Shown here in pieces: positions 36,053 to 44,524 of a stretch of DNA of 64,000 nucleotides. The notes below the pieces were generated by a model, which was not told where the DNA came from, did not search any database, and worked only from the letters and a program-made list of their open reading frames with translations. The stretch comes from Candidatus Sulfotelmatobacter sp. (GTDB lineage: Bacteria; Acidobacteriota; Terriglobia; Terriglobales; Acidobacteriaceae): positions 11,178 through 75,177 of the forward strand of contig JBKQRC010000002.1 of NCBI GenBank assembly GCA_052326105.1, given 5' to 3'. Numbering within the stretch: position 1 is the stretch's first letter; every line of letters begins with the position of its first letter. The translations under genes were made by a program, and so were the position numbers.

Positions 36053-37240
36053 GTGCGCGCGGGTCGTACCAAAATCATGCCCGGGACTGGCGCCACGCCC
36101 GATGCCGAGTGGTCCATACTGCTAGCCGCGTGTTCCCGAGCGCCGTTCGAGGAGAAACGCAGCCTCCTTCTGCCCCAGCTTCAGCAACCGGTTCGCTGGC
36201 AGAGACTTTTTGCTCTCGCCGATGAGCACGGCGTCCAGCCACTCTTATACGAGTCGCTATCGCGCCTTCAGGAAGCGGTTCCTGCCAATGAGTTTGGTTC
36301 CCTGCAACAAAGTTGCCGGACCAATCTGCACAAAGCCCTGTTGCTTTCGCGCGAGTTGATTCGAATCATCGAGCACCTCTCTGCACTCGGCATTGAGGTC
36401 ATGCCTCACAAGGGCCCGGCCTTGGCCGAAGTTCTCTACGCCGACATCGCCTTGCGGCAGGCTGGCGATATCGACCTGATCGTCCATCCGCAGGATTTGC
36501 ATCGCATCCGCGATGCGGTCGGCGAACTCGGCTACACGCCACACGACCATTTCTCCGCCAGGGAAGAACGGGCGTATCTGAAATCGGGATACGAATATGC
36601 CTTCGACGGTGTCGCCGGGCCCAACCTTCTGGAGTTGCAGTGGGCGATTCAGCCGCGATTTTATGCAGTCGATTTCGACATGGACGGCCTGTTCCAGCGG
36701 GCCGTGACTATCACGGTGGCTGGCCGGCCGATGAAGACTCCGGCACCCTCCGACCTGCTTCTCACTCTGTCACTGCACGCGGCCAAGCATGTGTGGAGGC
36801 GGCTCGCCTGGCTCTGCGATATCGCGCAGCTGATCAGCCTGCCCAACCTCGACTGGGACTGGATCGGATCGCAGGCCCAAGACTTGGGAATGTTGCGAAT
36901 CTTGCGCGTCACCCTGCTCGCGGCCAGCCAGTTGCTGCGCGCTTCCATCCCCGCCGCGGTACAGAAGATTTTCCCCGAAGATCGCGAAGCGCCTGCGCTG
37001 GCAGAGGAGATCCGGACTTATATCGTCAGCGAGTCTGCCTTCAATGTCGAGTCGCTGGCGTATTTCCGCCTGATGATGCGCCTGCGCGAAAGGCCGGCAG
37101 ACCGGATGCGATTTCTCGCGCGCCTGGTGTTTACGCCCGGCCCCGGCGAATGGGCGGCGGTTCATCTCCCCGGACCTTTATTCCCGCTATACCGTCTGGT
37201 CCGGATTTCTCGTCTGGCGGCGAGACTGGCCGGAGCTTGA
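36053..37240 (+). CDS. uncharacterised nucleotidyltransferase family protein (PF14907/NTP_transf_5-like)
   Basis: The N-terminal EWSILLAACSRAPFEEKRSLL...VRWQRLFALADEHGVQPLLYESL and central KGPALAEVLYADIALRQAGDIDLIV match my memory of this family. The start is GTG 36053 or ATG 36077. Confidence 0.75.
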   Translation: MRAGRTKIMPGTGATPDAEWSILLAACSRAPFEEKRSLLLPQLQQPVRWQRLFALADEHGVQPLLYESLSRLQEAVPANEFGSLQQSCRTNLHKALLLSRELIRIIEHLSALGIEVMPHKGPALAEVLYADIALRQAGDIDLIVHPQDLHRIRDAVGELGYTPHDHFSAREERAYLKSGYEYAFDGVAGPNLLELQWAIQPRFYAVDFDMDGLFQRAVTITVAGRPMKTPAPSDLLLTLSLHAAKHVWRRLAWLCDIAQLISLPNLDWDWIGSQAQDLGMLRILRVTLLAASQLLRASIPAAVQKIFPEDREAPALAEEIRTYIVSESAFNVESLAYFRLMMRLRERPADRMRFLARLVFTPGPGEWAAVHLPGPLFPLYRLVRISRLAARLAGA

Positions 37241-37260
37241 ATGGAAGTTGATCTGGCGCT

Positions 37261-38454
37261 TTAGGCCGGCTGCTCCGCGGGCGCGCGTTTCCAGTCGCGC
37301 AGGTACAGAAGGAACATGGCCGCGGCTCCGAACAGCGGCACGGCCAGTCCCGCTTTGAGAGTGCCGAAGCGAGTCGATGCCACACCGACGATCCATGGCA
37401 ACGATCCCCCTCCGAGGTTGGACAGCGTGAACATGACAGAACCCACTCGCGATGCCGCCATGCCGAATTCCCGGGACATCAGCGAAATGGTGATGGGATA
37501 CACCGCCGACAGGCCCAATCCGGCAAGCGAAGCACTCGCGACCACTCCTGGCAAGTTGTGCGACATGACAAGACCCATCATTCCGGCGCAAGCAACTAGC
37601 AATCCCGCCTGCACCAGTCGAACGTCATCCACCGTTCGCAAGAACAGCGGCGCCAGCCAGCGGCCGAGCATGAGCGAGGCATAAAAAAAAGACGGGGTCA
37701 TCAGCGCCATAGTCAGCGTCAAGGTTCCCAGGCTTTTCGCATACGAAGCCACCCACAATCCGAAGCTGTTCTCCGTCCCCACATAGACGAAGAAGAGTAT
37801 TCCCAGGACGGGCAGAGCGCGGTTTCTCCAGTCAATCCGCGGACCTTTATTCCCGCCATCCACGCTGACAGCCGGTTCCACGATGGAAGCGGGCATGACC
37901 GCGATGCCAGCCGCCACCAGGAAAGAGAAGCCCGCCACCACGTATAGAAGTAGCGGAATCCGGAGGTTCTTCGCCGCGGCCGCTACCAGAAACGGGCACG
38001 CCACCGCCCCCGCGCTCCAACAGAAGTTGAGCGTATTCAAGGACGCGCTTCTCCGCCTGGGATTCACCTCAGCTACCAGTAAGTTGCCCGCAGGCACTGC
38101 GAGCCCCAGCCCTATTCCATAGGCCGCGATGCAGACCATACCCAGCGCTTTCGAGCCGGCAAGCAACAGCACGATCCCGGCAGCCACCAGCAGAAGGCCG
38201 GCCTTGATCGCGAAGCGATATCCGCGGCGCGCAATCAACCAACCGGAGAGCGACACCGCCAGTGTCGCAGCCAGGTATTGAACGGTAAACAGAACGCCTG
38301 CCTGCGAGTAGTTCAACGACCATCGCGCCGATAGCGTTGGCAGCATCGGGCCGAGCAGCACGGTCACGATGCCGATGGGGACAAACGCCGCGCACGCCGA
38401 GAGAGTCAGAGGTCTGGCGGAGCCTGGAGCTTGTGCTGTGTCGGGAGCGGGCAT
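37261..38454 (-). CDS. MFS transporter
   Basis: 397 aa, 12 predicted TM helices, MFS-like loop motifs. It is convergent with the nucleotidyltransferase gene, with a 20-bp gap. Confidence 0.85.
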   Translation of the reverse strand: MPAPDTAQAPGSARPLTLSACAAFVPIGIVTVLLGPMLPTLSARWSLNYSQAGVLFTVQYLAATLAVSLSGWLIARRGYRFAIKAGLLLVAAGIVLLLAGSKALGMVCIAAYGIGLGLAVPAGNLLVAEVNPRRRSASLNTLNFCWSAGAVACPFLVAAAAKNLRIPLLLYVVAGFSFLVAAGIAVMPASIVEPAVSVDGGNKGPRIDWRNRALPVLGILFFVYVGTENSFGLWVASYAKSLGTLTLTMALMTPSFFYASLMLGRWLAPLFLRTVDDVRLVQAGLLVACAGMMGLVMSHNLPGVVASASLAGLGLSAVYPITISLMSREFGMAASRVGSVMFTLSNLGGGSLPWIVGVASTRFGTLKAGLAVPLFGAAAMFLLYLRDWKRAPAEQPA

Positions 38455-38632
38455 GAGGATGGCTGGGGCGTTTATGTTATCACTGCGCCTCGGAGTAGCG
38501 CCGCCCTCCCGGCGGCGGTGCGGCAGGGGTCCTCACCCGCCGCGCCGAGGGCGAGACGCCCTCGGGACAGCCGGCAAGATGCCGGCGCTACTCGTTCAGC
38601 ATCGTGATCATCATGCGGTCACGGTGCCAGGT

Positions 38633-39679
38633 TTATCGGGGAGCCTTCCCGGTGGACTCCCGCACCACCAGTTCGGGTTCGATGGCAATCTCCGCTGGGT
38701 ATTCCTTGCTGCCTTCAATGCGCTCCAGCAGGCTCTGGGCGGCCACTTCTCCCATACGGCTCAGCGGCTGCCGTACCGTGGTCAGACTGGGAGTCTGCAA
38801 CGCCGCGCCGGGAATGTCATCAAACCCCATCACCGAAACATCCTGGGGGACGCGCAGCCCGTGCTCCTGAAGAGCCCGTATCGCGCCGATCGCGGAGATG
38901 TCATTGTAGGCGAACAATGCAGTGAAGGGCTTCTTGCGCGTCAGCAACTGCTTGGCAAACGGATATCCCAGCATCGGCGTCGGGTCGTCGCTGTCGAGCT
39001 GCACGATCAAGTCGGGATCGATCTTTAACCCAATCTCCTGAGCCACCCGGCAAATCGAGTCCCAGCGATCCTTCGAATCCGAGCTGATGGGATTCCCCTT
39101 CATGAAAGCGATGCGCTCATGCGACAGGTCTTTCAAGTGGTGAAGAGCCAAAACTGCAGCCCGCTGGTGATCAAGGACAATGTTGGTGACTCCTTTTATC
39201 TTCTTGTGGCCGGCTACGGCCACCGTGGGCAACACAGGCTTTTCGTGTACGGTCGTATCCACGGTGATGATGCCCTCGACTCCGCGCTCCGACAGAATGT
39301 GCGAATAGTGATCCAGCAACTGGGGGTCGTGGCGGTGGGCCACCGTCAGGAAGAAATAGTTGTGCTTCCTCAGGTACTGCTCAATGCCGCTGATCACGGC
39401 GGAACCGTAGGAGTCGCCAATCTCTTCCGCGATCACTCCGATGGTATAGGTCCGCTTATTGCGCAGAGTGCGGGCAAAGAAATTGGGGCGGTAGTTGAGT
39501 TCCTTGGCCGCGGCGTGGATTCGGTTCTTGGTTCCCTGGGGAATGGAACGGGCCGACGGTGCATCGTTGAGAACCGCGGACACCGTCCCGGGAGTAAGCC
39601 CCAAATGTCCGGCTACGGTCTTAAGTGTGACTGCAGGGGAATCCTGGTGAGACTTGCTGTTCTGGCCCATGGTTCGCAC
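38633..39679 (-). CDS. LacI-family transcriptional regulator
   Basis: N-terminal HTH (VTLKTVAGHLGLTPGTVSAVLND...SIPQGTKNRIHAAAKELNYRPN) plus a periplasmic-binding-fold sugar sensor domain. Confidence 0.92.
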   Translation of the reverse strand: MRTMGQNSKSHQDSPAVTLKTVAGHLGLTPGTVSAVLNDAPSARSIPQGTKNRIHAAAKELNYRPNFFARTLRNKRTYTIGVIAEEIGDSYGSAVISGIEQYLRKHNYFFLTVAHRHDPQLLDHYSHILSERGVEGIITVDTTVHEKPVLPTVAVAGHKKIKGVTNIVLDHQRAAVLALHHLKDLSHERIAFMKGNPISSDSKDRWDSICRVAQEIGLKIDPDLIVQLDSDDPTPMLGYPFAKQLLTRKKPFTALFAYNDISAIGAIRALQEHGLRVPQDVSVMGFDDIPGAALQTPSLTTVRQPLSRMGEVAAQSLLERIEGSKEYPAEIAIEPELVVRESTGKAPR

Positions 39680-39699
39680 CCTTGAGGGGCCTCCCTAAT

Positions 39700-41244
39700 C
39701 TATCCTTTTGCGTAACGCTCACTGTTCGGCCTCGATCCGCTTATGGCGAAAAAGAGGATGTAGAGGTAGCAGAGAACTGGTAGGAAAAAGGCGTGATGGA
39801 TGCCGATACGATCAGCAATCGCGCCCTGCATCACCGGGACGATGGCTCCGCCCACGATCGCCATGATCATCACTCCCGAGCCGTCGCCGGTCAGCGGGCC
39901 GAGCTCGGCCACGCCCAGCGTGAAAATGCTGGGGAACATGATGGAATTGAAAAATCCGACCAGGATGATGCTCCACATGGCAACGTGCCCCGTGGCCAGC
40001 ATGGAAATCGCCACAAGGGAAGCAGCGCACACTGCACAAATGCCAAGCAGCAATCTCGTGGGCACAACCAAACGGCCACCGCGAAGAGCCATGCCGATCC
40101 CTAGGACAGCTGCTACGACAGCGACCAGGGCAAACAGCGGCCGGGCAGCAACCAGGACCGAGACGAGCGCCCACAGAAGCGCGACAAAATCGAGATGGCC
40201 AACCGGAGCGGCGAGTTTGTCAGCCCATGTGTGCGCAACCCAGGAGGAGATCAAAAAGAGCAGAACGCCTCCAACCGACGCCAACCCCATATAGACGGCT
40301 TTTGCTCCGCTCAGGAGTGCGGATCCGAAGAAACGACCGACCATTGCACCGCCCCAGTAAAGTGCGACGAAACCGGCAGCCACCTTTTCCGTCAGGCCGC
40401 CAATCTCAGGCTGGCTGAAGTAATTCACCAGAAAACTTCCGATGGACACTTCACCGCCGACATAAACGAAGATCGCGATCGCGCCAAAAATCAAGTTCCA
40501 GTGGTTCCAGATTGAGTCGTTTACTTTCTCGCCGACTTTGTGCTGCGCGTGCTCGATCTTCGGTAGCCTGAAACTGCCGATGGCCACTGCCAACACCACC
40601 AGCGCAATACCCAAACCCACATAGGGCGTCTTCACCGTTGCCGCCTCGTGCAGGCGGTAGGCCTGCAGGGCATCGGGTGCCAGCGCTCGTATATCACCGA
40701 TGGACTTGGCTGTCGCGCTGAGGATCAGCAGCCCGCCGAAGAACGGCGCCAGAAACGTACCCAGAGAGTTGAACGCCTGTGTCAGATTGAGCCGGCTCGA
40801 CGCTCGCTCGGGCCTCCCCAACACCGTGACATACGGATTCGCCGCTACCTGCAGGCAAGTGATGCCCGCGGCAAGAACAATGAGGGCACCCAGAAACAAC
40901 GGATACGACGGAGCGCTGGCGGCCGGAACAAAAAGGAACGCACCCACGCCCATGGTGAGCAGACCCGCCACCATCGACCGCTGGTATCCGATCCAATCGA
41001 TGAGCTTGGCCGAAGGAATGGAGAAAACAAAATAGGCCCCGAAGAACGCAAACTGAATCAGCATCGCCTGCGCGTAGTTGAGGTCAAAAATCGACTTCAG
41101 GTGAGGAACCAGGATGTCGTTCAAACAAGTGAGAAATCCCCACATGAAAAAAAGAGTGGTCACCGTAGCCAGCGGGGCTCCGTAGCCCTGGTCCGTCCTG
41201 GGCGCCGTCACTGTCGTCGAGGTATTAGGGGCGGTGATTGCCAT
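39700..41244 (-). CDS. sugar MFS transporter, FucP/GluP (fucose or glucose/galactose:H+ symporter) family, with extra hydrophobic insert
   Basis: LFFMWGFLTCLNDILVPHLK, QFAFFGAYF, FFNSIMFPSIFTLG and GGAIVPVMQGAIAD are FucP/GluP hallmarks. An internal Met (MAITAP...) was chosen as the start. About 80 extra residues lie before the PTRLL..FNSIMFP region. Confidence 0.85.
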   Translation of the reverse strand: MAITAPNTSTTVTAPRTDQGYGAPLATVTTLFFMWGFLTCLNDILVPHLKSIFDLNYAQAMLIQFAFFGAYFVFSIPSAKLIDWIGYQRSMVAGLLTMGVGAFLFVPAASAPSYPLFLGALIVLAAGITCLQVAANPYVTVLGRPERASSRLNLTQAFNSLGTFLAPFFGGLLILSATAKSIGDIRALAPDALQAYRLHEAATVKTPYVGLGIALVVLAVAIGSFRLPKIEHAQHKVGEKVNDSIWNHWNLIFGAIAIFVYVGGEVSIGSFLVNYFSQPEIGGLTEKVAAGFVALYWGGAMVGRFFGSALLSGAKAVYMGLASVGGVLLFLISSWVAHTWADKLAAPVGHLDFVALLWALVSVLVAARPLFALVAVVAAVLGIGMALRGGRLVVPTRLLLGICAVCAASLVAISMLATGHVAMWSIILVGFFNSIMFPSIFTLGVAELGPLTGDGSGVMIMAIVGGAIVPVMQGAIADRIGIHHAFFLPVLCYLYILFFAISGSRPNSERYAKG

Positions 41245-41356
41245 AAGTCCGTATCCATCCTCACAAGAAGCCTGGGAAACTCGGAACCTCGCATGATAGC
41301 ATCGAACGACAGGCATGATGCAGCATTATTCTTGGGCCCAGACTGATTTCACCCTC

Positions 41357-41374
41357 TAGAAAATCGTTTCTCTA
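41357..41374. promoter_or_regulatory. candidate LacI-family operator (tagaaaatCGtttctcta)
   Basis: 18-bp imperfect palindrome (7 of 9 arm positions pair) with a central CG, about 115 bp upstream of the FucP-like start, which heads the FucP-LacI gene pair. Confidence 0.35.
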
Positions 41375-41598
41375 GCTCAACCATCTTCTCTGCTGAAAAG
41401 CTGCTCGTCGACCTCGCACAGATCAGATTCTTCCTCACGCGAACTCAAGTCCAGACCCGCTCAGGTCCTCTTCACTCCGCAGTTCTGCGCGAGTATGCAG
41501 GTTGACCAATACGGAATTGGATTCAATGGAGGTCGCTGCCGCAAGGCGAACCATGTGCCGGGGGCGGGACACGGGGTCAGCGGACACAGGCCCGGTCG

Positions 41599-42279
41599 TC
41601 AGATGTGGGCAAGCGCTCTTTGCTCGGTCAGCCGCTGACCAAAGAAGTTCAGGCAATCTTCCATTCCCTCGCCGCTCTTGGCGGAGAGGCGGAAGATCTG
41701 CATTCCCGGCCGCACTGCCTGAATATTCGTGCGCGCCGCTTCCCAGTCAAACTCGGCGGCGCTCGCCATGTCGTTCTTGGTGACAACCGCGACGTCGGCG
41801 CTGTTGAAGATCGTCGGATACTTCAGCGGCTTGTCTTCGCCCTCGGTCACCGACATCAACACCAGCCGCAGATTTTCGCCCAGATCATACGAGGACGGGC
41901 ACACCAGGTTCCCCACATTCTCGATGAAAAGGAAGTCGAGCTGATGCAGATCCCACTCCTGCAGCGCGTTCTCGACCATCGCCGCTTCCAGATGGCAGAG
42001 CGTGCCGGTCGTGATCTGCTTCACCGGAGCCTTGCTTCGTGCCAGCCGGACGGCATCGTTCTCCGTCGCCAGATCCCCGACCAGCGCCGCCACACGATAT
42101 CGCGGCTGCAGCAGGGTGAGCGTCTTCTCCAGGAACGTGGTCTTCCCCGACCCTGGACTTGAAACCAGGCTCACGACATAGACTCCCGCCCCACGAAACT
42201 GTTCCCGCAACGCGCGCGCGATCACGTCATTCTGTTTGAGAACATTTCTGCGCACTTCGACCAGGCGTGGCTCGCTCAT
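41599..42279 (-). CDS. hypB: Ni-metallochaperone GTPase HypB
   Basis: MSEPRLVEVRRNVLKQNDVIA...VSLVSSPGSGKTTFLEKT...ENVGNLVCPSSYDLGE...TKNDM. The start at 42279 overlaps the hypA stop (ATGA). Confidence 0.9.
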   Translation of the reverse strand: MSEPRLVEVRRNVLKQNDVIARALREQFRGAGVYVVSLVSSPGSGKTTFLEKTLTLLQPRYRVAALVGDLATENDAVRLARSKAPVKQITTGTLCHLEAAMVENALQEWDLHQLDFLFIENVGNLVCPSSYDLGENLRLVLMSVTEGEDKPLKYPTIFNSADVAVVTKNDMASAAEFDWEAARTNIQAVRPGMQIFRLSAKSGEGMEDCLNFFGQRLTEQRALAHI

Positions 42280-42623
42280 TCCTGCACCTCCAAAGCGAAG
42301 ACTTCCAGTTCCTTGCCTTGCAGAATGTCCCGGGTCGGCGCGCCGCATTCCGGACAGGCAAACCACTGGATCGAGTCCAGGGTTCGCCGTTGCTGGCACT
42401 TCGGACAAAACACAACTACCGGAACGTCTTCCACAATCAAACGCGATCCCTGCAGTGCCGTGTCCTGGCAGGCCATTTCATAGGAAAACATCAGGGCGTC
42501 CTTGACCACCCCGGAAAGCGCGCCCAGCCTGAAATGGACAGCGCTTACCTGCAAGCCGCCGCGCTGTGAGGACTCTTCCAGTGCCGCGTCCACAATGCCC
42601 ATCGCGATAGACAGTTCGTGCAT
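42276..42623 (-). CDS. hypA: Ni-insertion zinc-finger protein HypA
   Basis: MHELSIAMGIVDAALEES...CPKC...CPECG, 115 aa from the internal Met. This is the classic HypA pattern. Confidence 0.9.
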   Translation of the reverse strand: MHELSIAMGIVDAALEESSQRGGLQVSAVHFRLGALSGVVKDALMFSYEMACQDTALQGSRLIVEDVPVVVFCPKCQQRRTLDSIQWFACPECGAPTRDILQGKELEVFALEVQE

Positions 42624-42698
42624 GTCTACACCCTGCGTATTCTGTCTGCGATCGCAGAATCTGTCCAAGCCGCAAATCAGCTCCGGCGAATGCCCGCA

Positions 42699-44399
42699 TC
42701 ATTTCGCAAGCCGGCCGATAAAGACTCCGTAAGGCCCCAGGGTCACAGTTTCTCCCTTTGCTGCCGACTTCTCCGTCGCCACCAGGCTCTTGGCGGAAGA
42801 GAACCCTTTCTTGCTCAGGTCAAAGTTCACCGTCTGCTCGGTCCCCGACATGTTCAGAGCCACCAGCACGGCCTGATCTTTGTACGTGCGCAGGTACGCG
42901 AGCACATTCTGATCGTTCTCGTCCAGCGGCACATAATTCCCATCCATGAGGGCCTGGTTCTTGTGCCGCAGCCGCAGCACCTGCTTGTAGAACGATAGGA
43001 CGGAATCCGGATCTTTGGACTCGTCCGCGACATTGTGCGTCTTGTAGCTCGGCGGCACCGGAAGCCACGGCGCAGTTTTCGAGAAGCCTGCGTTCTCGCT
43101 CTCATCCCACTGCATGGGAGTGCGCTCGCCGTCCCGGCCTTTTTCCTCGGGCCAGCCGGTAACGCCAAGCGGATCCTTGACGTCTTCTTTGCGGGTGGGC
43201 GGCGTTGTCGTCATACCAATTTCTTCGCCGTAATACATGATGGGCGTTCCACGCAGGGTCAGGTAAAGTCCCGCCATCACTTTTGCGATCTGATCGTTGT
43301 GTTCGCCGTCGCCGTAGCGATTGTAGGACCGCACGATATCGTGGTTGCTGATGACGAAGGTGGGCCAGCCGGAAGCCGCATCCACTGCGGCGATCTGCTT
43401 GCGGAATTCGACTGGTGAGAGCTTGTTCACGGTGGTAAAGAGAAAATCCATGGGCAGCTGCAACTCGTTGTTGCCGTCGCCGTAGTAGCGGTTCAGTTCC
43501 GCGATATCGTCAGTCCAGGTTTCGCCGATGAGCACCGCGTCGTATTGATCCGCGATCTTGCGCAGTTCGCGCAGCACATCGTGCACCTCGGGCAGCTTGT
43601 CGTTGTATTTGTTTTCTTCGATGGGATCGCCGAAGGCGTTCTTGCCGGGGCGCGCAATCGGGTTGTCGTGCAGGTCCGGATCTTCGAACAGTGTGTCCAC
43701 CGCATCCAGACGGAATCCCGAAGCTCCTCGTTTTAACCACCAGCGCTCAACCCCGAACATCGCATCCTTTACCGCCGGGTTGCGCCAGTTCAGATCGGGC
43801 TGCGCCGCCTCAAAGAAGTGGTAATAGTACTGGTCTGTTGTCGGATCGAATGTCCAGGCCGAACCCCCGAAATCCGAGACCCAGTTGTTCGGAGGCTGCC
43901 CCGGTCCCTTTCCGTCGCGCCAGATGTACCAGTCCCGGTGCTCTGACGTGCGCGACGATTTCGAATCCAGAAACCACTTGTGCTGGTCGGAAGTATGATT
44001 CACCACGAAATCGAGGATGATGTGGATCCCGCGCTTCTTCGCTTCTCGGGCCAGCTTGTCGAAGTCCGACAGCGTCCCATACATGGGATCGATATTCTCG
44101 TAATCGGAAACGTCGTAGCCAAAGTCTTTTTGCGGCGACGGGAAGCAGGGCGAAATCCAGATCGCATCCACCCCCAGCTTCTTCAGATAATCCAGCTTCG
44201 ACGTGATGCCGTTCAGGTCGCCGACTCCGTCATTGTTGCTGTCGGCGAAGCTGCGCGGATAAATCTCATAAAACACCGCATTCTGCCACCATTGATGCCC
44301 TGCGGCATCCGCGGCTTTGCCGGAATTCTGGGCGCCGGCCGCAAGCAGCGAGAGGCACAGAAATCCGCATATCAGGATCCAACCGGACTTTCCTTGCAT
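42699..44399 (-). CDS. secreted GH13 alpha-glucosidase / oligo-1,6-glucosidase-like enzyme
   Basis: Signal peptide, then WWQNAVFYEIYPRSFADSNNDGVGDLNGI, GVDAIWISP, GIHIILDFVVNHTS, GFRLDAV and IGETW (GH13 conserved regions). An internal Met at 44399 was chosen as the start. Confidence 0.9.
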   Translation of the reverse strand: MQGKSGWILICGFLCLSLLAAGAQNSGKAADAAGHQWWQNAVFYEIYPRSFADSNNDGVGDLNGITSKLDYLKKLGVDAIWISPCFPSPQKDFGYDVSDYENIDPMYGTLSDFDKLAREAKKRGIHIILDFVVNHTSDQHKWFLDSKSSRTSEHRDWYIWRDGKGPGQPPNNWVSDFGGSAWTFDPTTDQYYYHFFEAAQPDLNWRNPAVKDAMFGVERWWLKRGASGFRLDAVDTLFEDPDLHDNPIARPGKNAFGDPIEENKYNDKLPEVHDVLRELRKIADQYDAVLIGETWTDDIAELNRYYGDGNNELQLPMDFLFTTVNKLSPVEFRKQIAAVDAASGWPTFVISNHDIVRSYNRYGDGEHNDQIAKVMAGLYLTLRGTPIMYYGEEIGMTTTPPTRKEDVKDPLGVTGWPEEKGRDGERTPMQWDESENAGFSKTAPWLPVPPSYKTHNVADESKDPDSVLSFYKQVLRLRHKNQALMDGNYVPLDENDQNVLAYLRTYKDQAVLVALNMSGTEQTVNFDLSKKGFSSAKSLVATEKSAAKGETVTLGPYGVFIGRLAK

Positions 44400-44524
44400 G
44401 ATCGCTCCGTGACTGACGCGTTGGACGATTCTTGAGTGTAACCTTTTTTCGGAAGAGCTTGCTTTCCGGGAAAGGAAAACCGCATCGCACGGGCCTTGCA
44501 AAGTCGCGCCTCTCTTGAATATAA

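Noticed and set aside
33002-37240. Classifying the cluster as a lasso peptide BGC
   Set aside because: There is no Asn-synthetase-like cyclase and no transglutaminase-like B2 protease in the window. The putative core peptide lacks the Asp/Glu needed for the macrolactam. Only the leader motif, PqqD, kinase and nucleotidyltransferase are lasso-like.
41599-42623. A hydrogenase maturation operon
   Set aside because: Only hypA and hypB are present. No structural hydrogenase or other hyp genes occur in the window, so only the orphan pair is reported.
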